IMG/VR virus record: IMGVR_UViG_3300037297_000135
Location: 32,001 to 96,000 of that record
Source of the DNA: a virus
Strand: one strand, 5' to 3'
DNA length: 64,000 bases
The notes below the pieces were generated by a model. It saw only the letters and a program-made list of their open reading frames with translations, was not told where the DNA came from and did not search any database. A program made the position numbers and the translations under genes. This document shows positions 44,440-52,748 of this stretch, one piece after another (the first letter of the stretch is position 1; each line of letters begins with the position of its first letter).

Positions 44440-44605
44440 TGGTACATAGTTTATCTGGTTAAAACAGTTCAACCTCTATTTAATTGACGAATTAAAAAAT
44501 GTTGAAAAGAAGTGAGAAAGTAAATTATAAATAACAAAATTAAATTAACGTGATTTGGATTGAATTATTTATTGAATTTACGATGTTCAAGTCCTCACTG
44601 TGCCA
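44440..44605 (+). ncRNA. Expanded tRNA-like RNA with inserted hairpins
   Basis: TGGTACA/TGTGCCA acceptor, GTTT/AAAC D stem with TGGTT loop, TTCAAC/GTTGAA stem, GTGAG/CTCAC stem, G-TTCAAGT-C T loop, about 90 extra nt forming hairpins. Confidence 0.65.
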
Positions 44606-44631
44606 TTTTGTTTGAATAGGGGAGATTTAAA

Positions 44632-44820
44632 ATGTATGATAAAAAATTAATGAAAGAAGCAATTATATGTAGCATGTGCCATAAATATATGATTGAAGGT
44701 GAAGAATGTATGTATCACCCTTATGGAGTTACATGTAAACCTTGTTGGATAGAATGGAGACATACATTTGTATATCCTGGTTTGAATAATATTATATATG
44801 ATATTTATAAGAAAAAATAA
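44632..44820 (+). CDS. Small Cys/His-rich protein
   Basis: CSMC...CKPC; GGGGAG RBS. Confidence 0.6.
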   Translation: MYDKKLMKEAIICSMCHKYMIEGEECMYHPYGVTCKPCWIEWRHTFVYPGLNNIIYDIYKKK

Positions 44821-44837
44821 ATTTTAGGGGAATAACT

Positions 44838-45440
44838 ATGAAATTAATAATTTTAGAAGGCATTGATGGTTCTGGAAAATCAACCTTAGCAATGGCATTA
44901 TACAATATGTTTGTTTCAATGAAGTTAAAAGCATTAGTTGTTCGTGAACCAGGTGGAACTATTGTTGGAGAGCAAATACGTAATATACTCTTAAATAAAA
45001 ATAATAATATTTCAAAAAAATCACAAGCTTTATTGTTCTTTGCTGCAAGAGAAGAATTATATCAATATTTAGACCAAAACAGTAATTACGATTTTGTTAT
45101 TTTTGACAGAAGTCATTATTCGACTTTAGCGTACCAGGTTAAAGTTTTAAAAAATATTGATTACAATATATATAAATCACTTCTTAATAGAAAATATATT
45201 AAATTGGAATCATTCATTATATTTTTAAACAATTCACCAAATTATATACTTAAACATACAAATAAAAAATTTGATTTAAAAGATACATATGAATCAAAAG
45301 GCATAGCATTTCAACATAAACTTTTTCAAGCATATCAAGAAATATTTTCTTTAAAAAGTAATGTATTATATTTATCTGGATTTGATACAGATACAAATTT
45401 AGAAAAAGTAAAAGAATATATGAATTTAAATAATATATAG
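44838..45440 (+). CDS. tmk: Thymidylate kinase
   Basis: LEGIDGSGKST, REPGGT, LLFFAAR, FDRSHYSTLAYQ. Confidence 0.93.
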   Translation: MKLIILEGIDGSGKSTLAMALYNMFVSMKLKALVVREPGGTIVGEQIRNILLNKNNNISKKSQALLFFAAREELYQYLDQNSNYDFVIFDRSHYSTLAYQVKVLKNIDYNIYKSLLNRKYIKLESFIIFLNNSPNYILKHTNKKFDLKDTYESKGIAFQHKLFQAYQEIFSLKSNVLYLSGFDTDTNLEKVKEYMNLNNI

Positions 45441-45453
45441 GGGATGACAAATT

Positions 45454-45612
45454 ATGAAAATTAAAGCAATCCAAACAGATAAAAAGAAAAGTTACTGTAA
45501 ATATTGTGGAACCTGGACAATAAATAAAAGAGGATGCATAAATATAAATCACAATTATTATCAAAAGAAAAATGCTAAAAAATTTAAATCTGAAGGTGAT
45601 AACGATGAATGA
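45454..45612 (+). CDS. Small basic Cys-containing protein (52 aa)
   Basis: Translated by eye: MKIKAIQTDKKKSYCKYCGTW...; GGGGA RBS. Confidence 0.45.
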   Translation: MKIKAIQTDKKKSYCKYCGTWTINKRGCININHNYYQKKNAKKFKSEGDNDE

Positions 45613-47218
45613 AAAAATAAATAATATAAAAACTCATATTATAAATATGCATCCAATATTAAAAGAAATAGTAGAAAATCGCAAAATTGATACACCGATA
45701 AGTTTTTTTTCACCTAATTTATCAGTATTTTGTGAAAATAAAATGAGCAATATAATAGCAGCATCATATATTGTAAAAGATGGGATAAAGTCAAATAAAA
45801 GATTTTCAATTTATTATGATGTTGATGTTGATGGAATAACAGCAGGAACCATAATGTATCAATATTTAAAATGTTTTGATATTGATTCAAATATAATCAT
45901 AAACAAAGGAAAAGACCATGAAGTTGATATAAACAAAGTACCAGAAGATACAGAAATATTAATAATTGTAGATTCTCTTTTAAACAACTATGAAAAATAT
46001 TATGAATTAGCAAACAAAGGCATAAAAATCATAATACTTGACCATCATGAAGTTGAACAATATCCAGACCACAAAAATGTGGTATTGGTGACAAGCAACA
46101 AAAATTATGAAAACAAATATCTCTCAGGTGCAGGAGTAGTATATAAATTTTGTCTTGAACTTGATGGTCTTTTTGAAACATATTATAGTTGTAATTTTAT
46201 GGATTTAGCTGCTTGTGGAATCATAGCAGATATTATGTCAATGAAATCACTTGAAAATCGTGCAATATGTCGATATGGGTTTGAAAATATAAGAAATGAA
46301 TTTTTAAAATATCTTTTAAAAAATAATGAATTCGATTCAAAATTTGTAAGTTGGACATTAGCACCTTTAATTAATAGTTTAAATAGAGCAAATAAAAACC
46401 AGTTGGCTATTGATTTGTTTTTATGTGAAGATAAAAATAAATTAAAAATATTGATTGAAAAAGCTAAAATACATAAAAATACACAAGATAAAATAGTTGA
46501 AAAAATAATTAAAAACGAACAAAATAGTTTTTTTGGCTTGAACTATCAAAACAAAAAATATAAATTTTTATCAATTCAAATTCCACTTGAATATCAAAAT
46601 TATACAGGTTTAATAGCAAATAAAATTTTAGATATATATAACAAACCAACTATAGTTACAGCTTTTAATGATGAAGAAGGAAAGTATTGCGGTTCAATGA
46701 GAGCAAATGGAATCAATTTCATGGAAGAAATTAACAACTGTTTAATTGATAAAAATGATTATTGCAAAGGGCATATAGAAGCTGCTGGAATAAAAATTGA
46801 TGTATTAAATTGGAATAGGTTCATAAACAATTTAAAAAGAAAAGATTTCAAACAATTGGAAGTTAAAAAATATGATTTTGAATTAAGTTTTGAAGATATA
46901 TCTAAAAAACTTGCTGAAAATGTAAAGTTTTTAAATCGTATAACAGGAAAAGATTTTCCATTAATCAAGTTTAAATTGTCAAATATAATGATTGATAAAA
47001 TTCAAATTTTAAAAGATAAACATATAAAATTTGAATACAATGAAGTGATATTTTTAAAATGGAAAGACATATCACTTTTTGAAAAATATAAGCAAAACAA
47101 TAATCTTGTGCTAGAAGTTATCGGAGAATTAACTTTAAACAAGTTTGCTGGACAAACAAGTATTCAATTCGTAATAGATGAAATAACTAAAATTGATACA
47201 TTGAATTTCAGAATATGA
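45572..47218 (+). CDS. recJ: RecJ-like DHH ssDNA exonuclease (likely start ATG 45605)
   Basis: YYDVDVDG, IVD, ILDHH, SGAGV, IADIM, GSMR, GHIEAAG. Confidence 0.92.
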   Translation: MLKNLNLKVITMNEKINNIKTHIINMHPILKEIVENRKIDTPISFFSPNLSVFCENKMSNIIAASYIVKDGIKSNKRFSIYYDVDVDGITAGTIMYQYLKCFDIDSNIIINKGKDHEVDINKVPEDTEILIIVDSLLNNYEKYYELANKGIKIIILDHHEVEQYPDHKNVVLVTSNKNYENKYLSGAGVVYKFCLELDGLFETYYSCNFMDLAACGIIADIMSMKSLENRAICRYGFENIRNEFLKYLLKNNEFDSKFVSWTLAPLINSLNRANKNQLAIDLFLCEDKNKLKILIEKAKIHKNTQDKIVEKIIKNEQNSFFGLNYQNKKYKFLSIQIPLEYQNYTGLIANKILDIYNKPTIVTAFNDEEGKYCGSMRANGINFMEEINNCLIDKNDYCKGHIEAAGIKIDVLNWNRFINNLKRKDFKQLEVKKYDFELSFEDISKKLAENVKFLNRITGKDFPLIKFKLSNIMIDKIQILKDKHIKFEYNEVIFLKWKDISLFEKYKQNNNLVLEVIGELTLNKFAGQTSIQFVIDEITKIDTLNFRI

Positions 47219-47219
47219 G

Positions 47220-47552
47220 GTGATGTACATGTTTTACTGTCCAAATTGTAAAATATTTAAAGATGATGAAGATTTTAAATTTGATGAATTTAACAATATA
47301 ACTAGTCTTGTTAACCCAAGAGATGGTTATGGAAGAATGATAAGGCATATGGTTTGCCCTAACTGCAAATACATTTTATCTGGATATATACATGAATGCA
47401 GATATGAAAAAGATTATTTTGTTTATATAGTTGAACTTTATTCAGAAAATAAAATATGGGATATTGAAAAAGTTATAGATTTAGTAAAAGAAAATTTTGA
47501 AAAACTGGAAATTGATTTTACTGATTTTAAATTTAAAAAGGATGTGATATAA
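47220..47552 (+). CDS. Zinc-ribbon hypothetical protein
   Basis: CPNC...CPNC. Confidence 0.65.
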   Translation: MMYMFYCPNCKIFKDDEDFKFDEFNNITSLVNPRDGYGRMIRHMVCPNCKYILSGYIHECRYEKDYFVYIVELYSENKIWDIEKVIDLVKENFEKLEIDFTDFKFKKDVI

Positions 47553-47824
47553 TGAATAAAACAAAGAAAAAATTCATTTTTAAAAAAGAATGGGAAGAAT
47601 TTCGGAAAACAGGATTGCTTTGGTTAACAAATACAATTTTACAGGTTTTTGGATGGAGTTTAGTTGTTACAGTAAATACAGAAACAAATGAAATTTTAAA
47701 TGCTTATCCTGCAAGAAACAAATATAGAGGTTTTGATAAAAAATCAATACATCAAAATGTTGGTCAAATATATGAATATCTTGAAAATAATTTGGAAGAT
47801 ATCAAAGAGGATTTAAAATGTTAG
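47552..47824 (+). CDS. Conserved phage hypothetical protein
   Basis: WEEFRKTGLLWLTNTILQVFGWSL. Confidence 0.7.
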   Translation: MNKTKKKFIFKKEWEEFRKTGLLWLTNTILQVFGWSLVVTVNTETNEILNAYPARNKYRGFDKKSIHQNVGQIYEYLENNLEDIKEDLKC

Positions 47825-47988
47825 TGATTTGTAAATGTGGATGTGTTTTTTGGAAAGTTTTAAAAATCAATCCAACTGACATAACAGGTATATCAATGTA
47901 TTATATGATATGTGAAAATTGTAGTTGGATTTTTAAATATAGATACGATTTATGTGATTCAAAAATAAAAATAGAAAATATAGTATAA
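47818..47988 (+). CDS. Small Zn-finger protein (56 aa)
   Basis: Translated by eye: ICKCG...CENC; GAGG RBS. Confidence 0.5.
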   Translation: MLVICKCGCVFWKVLKINPTDITGISMYYMICENCSWIFKYRYDLCDSKIKIENIV

Positions 47989-48009
47989 AGTGAGTGATTA
48001 AAATGGAAG

Positions 48010-48351
48010 GTGATTAAAATGGAGGGTGATTCAATGAATATCAATGAAAATAGTGGACAAATAAACATTGCAAAAAATAATTCGATTATATCAACTGAAC
48101 AAAATTTGATTTTTGAAAAAAACGATGAAACCGAAACTGCAATAGCAATCAAACTTGATAAAGGTTTGTCGAGACTTGTTTTAGAAAAACTTGAAACTTA
48201 TTTTGTTATAAAAGGCAAATACAATCAGGCTTATGAAATTTGTTTTATTTTAAAAAATGATTACAAAAATCATGATTTAGACAAATTAACTGAAACAATC
48301 AAAAAATATAAATCAGTTTTGCCAATACTATTAAATCAAATCAATGAATAA
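48010..48351 (+). CDS. Hypothetical protein
   Basis: 113-aa ORF, GGAGG/GAAGG RBS options. Confidence 0.6.
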   Translation: MIKMEGDSMNINENSGQINIAKNNSIISTEQNLIFEKNDETETAIAIKLDKGLSRLVLEKLETYFVIKGKYNQAYEICFILKNDYKNHDLDKLTETIKKYKSVLPILLNQINE

Positions 48352-48460
48352 AAAATCTGCTTTTAGGGTTTTGATATTTTTTATGTTTTCTGTTGTTTTT
48401 ATATTTTTTTGCATTGGTATTTTAATAGGTATTTTTTTAATGAAATTTAAGGTGATTTAA

Positions 48461-48712
48461 ATGAATAAAGATTTAATTATACATCCATTTGAAACAGTAA
48501 TAGAAGCTTTAGAAATAAATGATAAAACATTAGATGAATTATCACTTGAATCAAATATACCAATTGAAAAATTACAACATCAAAAAACTATTGGTTCATT
48601 TGCTTATGATTTAAAAAAACTAACAAATTTAAGTATTGAATTTTGGACAAATTTGCAAAATCAATATGATGAAGAATTAAAAACTTCACAAAAGGATGAT
48701 TTAAATGGATAA
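48461..48712 (+). CDS. HigA-like HTH protein (orphan antitoxin-like)
   Basis: IIHPFETVIEAL...LTNLSIEFWTNLQNQYD matches the HigA/VapI HPG-E...FWLNLQ..YD signature. Confidence 0.7.
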   Translation: MNKDLIIHPFETVIEALEINDKTLDELSLESNIPIEKLQHQKTIGSFAYDLKKLTNLSIEFWTNLQNQYDEELKTSQKDDLNG

Positions 48713-49181
48713 AAGAGATACAACATATGATTATTTAGCGAATATATGCCATGAACTTGTTATGGCGATTCGCAAGCTTAACGATGAAAAAGATTTTGAT
48801 ATAAAATATGCTGATTTGTCAGATGAAGAAAAAAACAGAGTTTCAAATTTAATAAAACGAATTTTATACAATCCAGAAATCACAGCCAAAAAATTACATA
48901 ATGAATGGATTGAAGAAAAAGCAAAAGATGGATGGATATATGGTGAAAAAACAGATAGAGATAAAAAAATACATGCTTGTATGGTTGAATACGAACAACT
49001 TAATTTTTTTCAACAACTAAAAGATAAAATTTTTATTGAAACTGTAAAATTTTATATTGAATATTGGAAACAAGAATTTTTAAATGAAAAAGCATCAATA
49101 AATTATATAAATCGAAAACTTTGGAACAACATCAATTATACAAGATGTAGAACCAAAGAATGGTTGATTGAAACCATATAA
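48705..49181 (+). CDS. RyR-domain protein
   Basis: HNEWIEEKAKDGWIYGEKTDRDKKIHACMVEYEQLNFFQQLKD. Confidence 0.85.
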   Translation: MDKRDTTYDYLANICHELVMAIRKLNDEKDFDIKYADLSDEEKNRVSNLIKRILYNPEITAKKLHNEWIEEKAKDGWIYGEKTDRDKKIHACMVEYEQLNFFQQLKDKIFIETVKFYIEYWKQEFLNEKASINYINRKLWNNINYTRCRTKEWLIETI

Positions 49182-49187
49182 ATTCAA

Positions 49188-49281
49188 TTTGTATAGACTA
49201 GTTTACAGCTTCACAGTTTTTTTAAACTGAACCAAACATCGTTTTGCATATTTAAAAACGCTACAAATGAGCGTATACAAA
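49188..49281. repeat. 94-bp imperfect palindromic dispersed repeat, copy B (inverted relative to copy A)
   Basis: Reverse complement aligns ungapped to 13799-13892 with 15 mismatches. Confidence 0.9.
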
Positions 49282-49378
49282 ATCATATTTCAAACACTTG
49301 ATTTTACTGGATTTCACGGTTCAAAAACTCCAAAATCAAAAACCTTGAAGCTCAGTTATATAGCAAATTCTAAATTTT

Positions 49379-49996
49379 ATGGAGATTCATATGAAAAAAG
49401 AAACTTTAGATTACAAATTAAAATATTATCCATCAAATATTAAAATATTTCAAAAAAAACCAATTGCATTTTCAAAAGTTTTTGAAAAGGTTATGTTTTT
49501 TAAAGATAGTGACCATGAAAACGAATTCAACAAATTCAAAGGTTCAATTGGGCATATGAACAGGTTTATATCAAGATATGAAAATCTGAAATGGTATGAA
49601 GCTCAAATGAGCATTATTGAGTTGTTGAATGTATATATGTGTCCAGTTGGATGGTTAAGACGATTTGCTTGTATCAATGAAAAATGTAAAAATTTTAAAA
49701 ATGAGGAATGTATAAATTGTTTGGATGATGAAATGAAGATTTTTACATTATATGATACAATGTTTAATTTTACACAAAAAACAACTAAATTTGCTGAAAA
49801 AATATATTCAATAATGAAAAGGATTAAAGCTGAAGAAGATACTGGACTTGATTTTTTGTTTTGTACATTGGTTCGAAATAAATATAAAAAATATTTTGTA
49901 ATGGATGGAAATTCAAGATTGCTTTCATTTGCAATACGTTGTAAAGATAAAAGTAATTTATATGATTCAATTAAATGTTATATAGGGGAGAAATAA
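49379..49996 (+). CDS. Hypothetical protein with ParB/Srx-like C-terminal motif
   Basis: YFVMDGNSRL resembles the ParB/sulfiredoxin DG-x-H/S-R motif. Confidence 0.45.
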   Translation: MEIHMKKETLDYKLKYYPSNIKIFQKKPIAFSKVFEKVMFFKDSDHENEFNKFKGSIGHMNRFISRYENLKWYEAQMSIIELLNVYMCPVGWLRRFACINEKCKNFKNEECINCLDDEMKIFTLYDTMFNFTQKTTKFAEKIYSIMKRIKAEEDTGLDFLFCTLVRNKYKKYFVMDGNSRLLSFAIRCKDKSNLYDSIKCYIGEK

Positions 49997-50490
49997 AAAT
50001 GAATGAAATTTATAATCATGAACGTAAAAGTGAATTATTTGTTCGTGGAATTGATTACATAGATGTTGCTGTTTCAGGTGTTATGCTTTTTAAAAATCAA
50101 ATATGCATGTTAAAACGCAAAACACCACCTGAAATTAATTCATGGTGCTTGCCAGGTGGCAAGGTGAATCATGATGAAACAGTTCAAGAAGCAATAAAAA
50201 GAGAATTTCAAGAAGAAATAAATGCTGATACTAAAAATTTTAAAATCATAGATATTTTAGGAGTTTCAAATTATATTATTCCAGAAAAAAAATACCATTG
50301 CAATACAACTATTTTTTTAGTCAAATGTACTGGAAATTTTTTAAACAATGAATCTAAAAAACATTCAAAAATTGGATTTTTTGATTTTAATGCATTGCCT
50401 GGTCATATTGCTGCATCATCTAGGGATGCATTGATGTATTATTTCAAATATTTAAATGAAAGGACGAATATTAATGAAACAAGGAATTGA
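49975..50490 (+). CDS. Nudix hydrolase (likely start ATG 49999)
   Basis: PGGKVNHDETVQEAIKREFQEEINA. Confidence 0.88.
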   Translation: MLYRGEIKMNEIYNHERKSELFVRGIDYIDVAVSGVMLFKNQICMLKRKTPPEINSWCLPGGKVNHDETVQEAIKREFQEEINADTKNFKIIDILGVSNYIIPEKKYHCNTTIFLVKCTGNFLNNESKKHSKIGFFDFNALPGHIAASSRDALMYYFKYLNERTNINETRN

Positions 50491-50923
50491 TTATATTGGT
50501 GTTAGTGTTACAGGATTGCTTTTAAAAGATAAAAAGGTTTTACTTTTATATAGAAACAAATCACCTGAAAAAGATAAATTTGGTTTGATTGGTGGTCGAA
50601 TTGAATTAAATGAAACTGCTGAAGATGCAATTATTCGAGAAACAAAAGAAGAAATTGGAGTAGATATTGAAATTGTTAAAATGTTAGGTGTTACAAATCA
50701 GATAATCAAAAAAGAAGGAACCCATTGGGTTTGTATAAACTATTTGATAAAATTGTGCAATGAAAATGATGAACCAAAAAATATGGAACCAAACACCCAT
50801 AAAGAAATGAAATGGTTTGATTTTAAATATTTGCCAGAAAATTTATCTTTAACAGCACAACAGGCTTTAAATGATTATATGTTGACTATTCCGATTATTC
50901 AAGAATTTTTTAATTTGAAGTGA
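50456..50923 (+). CDS. Nudix hydrolase (likely start ATG 50474), paralog of the upstream gene
   Basis: IGGRIELNETAEDAIIRETKEEIGV; shares GIDYI-V-V-G and EP/ES-H features with the upstream gene. Confidence 0.9.
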   Translation: MKGRILMKQGIDYIGVSVTGLLLKDKKVLLLYRNKSPEKDKFGLIGGRIELNETAEDAIIRETKEEIGVDIEIVKMLGVTNQIIKKEGTHWVCINYLIKLCNENDEPKNMEPNTHKEMKWFDFKYLPENLSLTAQQALNDYMLTIPIIQEFFNLK

Positions 50924-50930
50924 GGTTTTT

Positions 50931-51161
50931 ATGGAAAGTTTTTTAAAATTTTATGATTCAATACGTGAAGAATACGGTTTTTGTTTAAATATTTCACAAT
51001 CTAATATATCTGATTGGAATATTAAAATTGTGTATAAAAAAACACATTCAAGACATGGTGAAACAGTTTTAGATATCCAAAACTGTGATGTTGAATATGT
51101 TTTTGCAAAAGCACAGGTTTTGTTGAAAGAATATATGAAAGATATATATGGAGGATATTAA
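50931..51161 (+). CDS. Hypothetical protein
   Basis: 76-aa ORF, GAGG RBS. Confidence 0.7.
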   Translation: MESFLKFYDSIREEYGFCLNISQSNISDWNIKIVYKKTHSRHGETVLDIQNCDVEYVFAKAQVLLKEYMKDIYGGY

Positions 51162-51501
51162 AATGGAATGTCATTCTTGTAGAAAACAAGATTTAAATTT
51201 TTACAATACTTTGTGTGTTGATTGTTTTAACAAATTAAAGAATAAACAAGACAAAGATTTCAAATATATAAAAGATGCATGGTCAAATCCATATCATTGT
51301 TTGAATGCTATTTTAACATATTTAAAAATATGTGACAAAGCATTTTACGATGAAGTTGAACCTAAAAAAGACGATGAACATTTTTTCAATGAGCTTGCAG
51401 ATTTACATATACTTTTGGAAGTTTATTTTTCAAAAAATGATTATCAAAAAATATTAAAAAATAGAAAAGCAAAATTCATACAAAAAATAAAAGAGGATTA
51501 A
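51148..51501 (+). CDS. Hypothetical protein, Zn-finger plus possible MazG-like motif (likely start 51163)
   Basis: CHSC...CVDC; FNELADL. Confidence 0.55.
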   Translation: MEDIKMECHSCRKQDLNFYNTLCVDCFNKLKNKQDKDFKYIKDAWSNPYHCLNAILTYLKICDKAFYDEVEPKKDDEHFFNELADLHILLEVYFSKNDYQKILKNRKAKFIQKIKED

Positions 51502-51505
51502 AAAA

Positions 51506-51592
51506 ATGGATGACCATACAGATGCTACTTTAAAATTAATATGTTGTATTTTAGCAATCATATTTGGTGCAATATTACATAAATGTACTTGA
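51506..51592 (+). CDS. Tiny hydrophobic peptide (28 aa)
   Basis: MDDHTDATLKLICCILAIIFGAILHKCT; GAGG RBS. Confidence 0.35.
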   Translation: MDDHTDATLKLICCILAIIFGAILHKCT

Positions 51593-51597
51593 ATTAT

Positions 51598-51671
51598 GTG
51601 GGTATAGCTTAATTGGACAAAGCAATAGATTTCTAATCTATTGAATGGGGGTTCGAATCCCTTTACCCATA
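51598..51671 (+). tRNA. tRNA-Arg(UCU)
   Basis: GTGGGTA/TACCCAT, ATAGA-TTTCTAA-TCTAT, GGGGG-TTCGAAT-CCCTT. Confidence 0.93.
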
Positions 51672-51675
51672 TTGA

Positions 51676-51749
51676 GCGAGTGTATTCGAATTGGCATAGA
51701 AAACGGATTTAAAATCCGTGTTTTGAGGGTTCAAATCCCTCCACTCGTA
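51676..51749 (+). tRNA. tRNA-Leu(UAA) with short variable loop
   Basis: GCGAGTG/CACTCGT, ACGGA-TTTAAAA-TCCGT, 5-nt variable region, GAGGG-TTCAAAT-CCCTC, A73. Confidence 0.88.
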
Positions 51750-51795
51750 TTAATTAAATTGAAAGGAATTATATTTTTTAGAGGATTAATTAGTT

Positions 51796-52545
51796 ATGAA
51801 AACAAATATTTTATACAATGAAGATTGTTTAATTGGTATGCAAAAAATAGAAAACAAATCAATCGATTGTATTTTTTGTGATTTGCCTTTTGGTATAACA
51901 AAAAACAAATGGGATAATATAATTGATTTTGATTTGCTTTGGAATCAATACAAAAGAATAATAAAAGATAGGGGCATTATATTATTGTTTGCTTCTACAC
52001 CTTTTAACTACATGTTATATAATTCAAATCCAAAAATGTTTAAATATGAAATCATAATTGAATATTCTCAACCAACAGGGTTTTTAAATGCAAATAAAAG
52101 GCCTTTAGTTTCACATGGTTATATTATGGTGTTTTACAAAAAACTTCCTATATATAATCCAATTAAAACAACAGGTCACAAAAAAAAATCAGTTCCAAAT
52201 AGAATTGTAAACAGTGAAAATTATAATTATTGCAAATCAAATTCATACTGTAGTACTGAAAGATATCCAACAACTATTCAAAGATATGCAAAACCAACAT
52301 ATCCAAAACATCCAACTGAAAAACCATTTGAGTTATGTGAAGATATAATTAAAACATATACAAACAAAAATGATATTGTTTTAGACAATTGTTTTGGTTC
52401 TGGTACAATTCCTTTAGCTTGTTTAAAAAATGGACGAAAATATATAGGTTTTGAAATTAAAAAAAAATATTATGATATAGCGTATGATAGATTGCTTGAA
52501 TTTAAAAGGATTTATATAGATATGGTGAATAAAACAAATGAATAA
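51796..52545 (+). CDS. DNA methyltransferase (N6-A/N4-C, beta class)
   Basis: IFCDLPFG catalytic motif, HPTEKP, VLDNCFGSGT SAM-binding motif. Confidence 0.9.
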   Translation: MKTNILYNEDCLIGMQKIENKSIDCIFCDLPFGITKNKWDNIIDFDLLWNQYKRIIKDRGIILLFASTPFNYMLYNSNPKMFKYEIIIEYSQPTGFLNANKRPLVSHGYIMVFYKKLPIYNPIKTTGHKKKSVPNRIVNSENYNYCKSNSYCSTERYPTTIQRYAKPTYPKHPTEKPFELCEDIIKTYTNKNDIVLDNCFGSGTIPLACLKNGRKYIGFEIKKKYYDIAYDRLLEFKRIYIDMVNKTNE

Positions 52546-52748
52546 ATAAAATAACCTAACATCTTTAAAGATATTAGGCTATTTTACATAATAAATTGGC
52601 TTTTTAAACAATTTGTTTTTCATCTTTCCATTTTTATTATATATTAAATTATTTTATTTGTAAATGTTATTAAAGAAATTTATTAAAAATTTTAATAACA
52701 GATTTTTATTTTATTTTTATTAAAATCTATTTTAATAGGGGATTAATT

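Noticed and set aside
44466-44585. Group I intron in a tRNA
   Set aside because: The insert is under about 100 nt and AT-rich simple hairpins; no P7-type catalytic core is recognisable.
13799-49281. Phase-variable inversion of the 35-kb segment between the 94-bp repeats
   Set aside because: Genes inside and outside the segment share one orientation and the copies differ at 15 positions. Unlikely, though not excluded without long reads.
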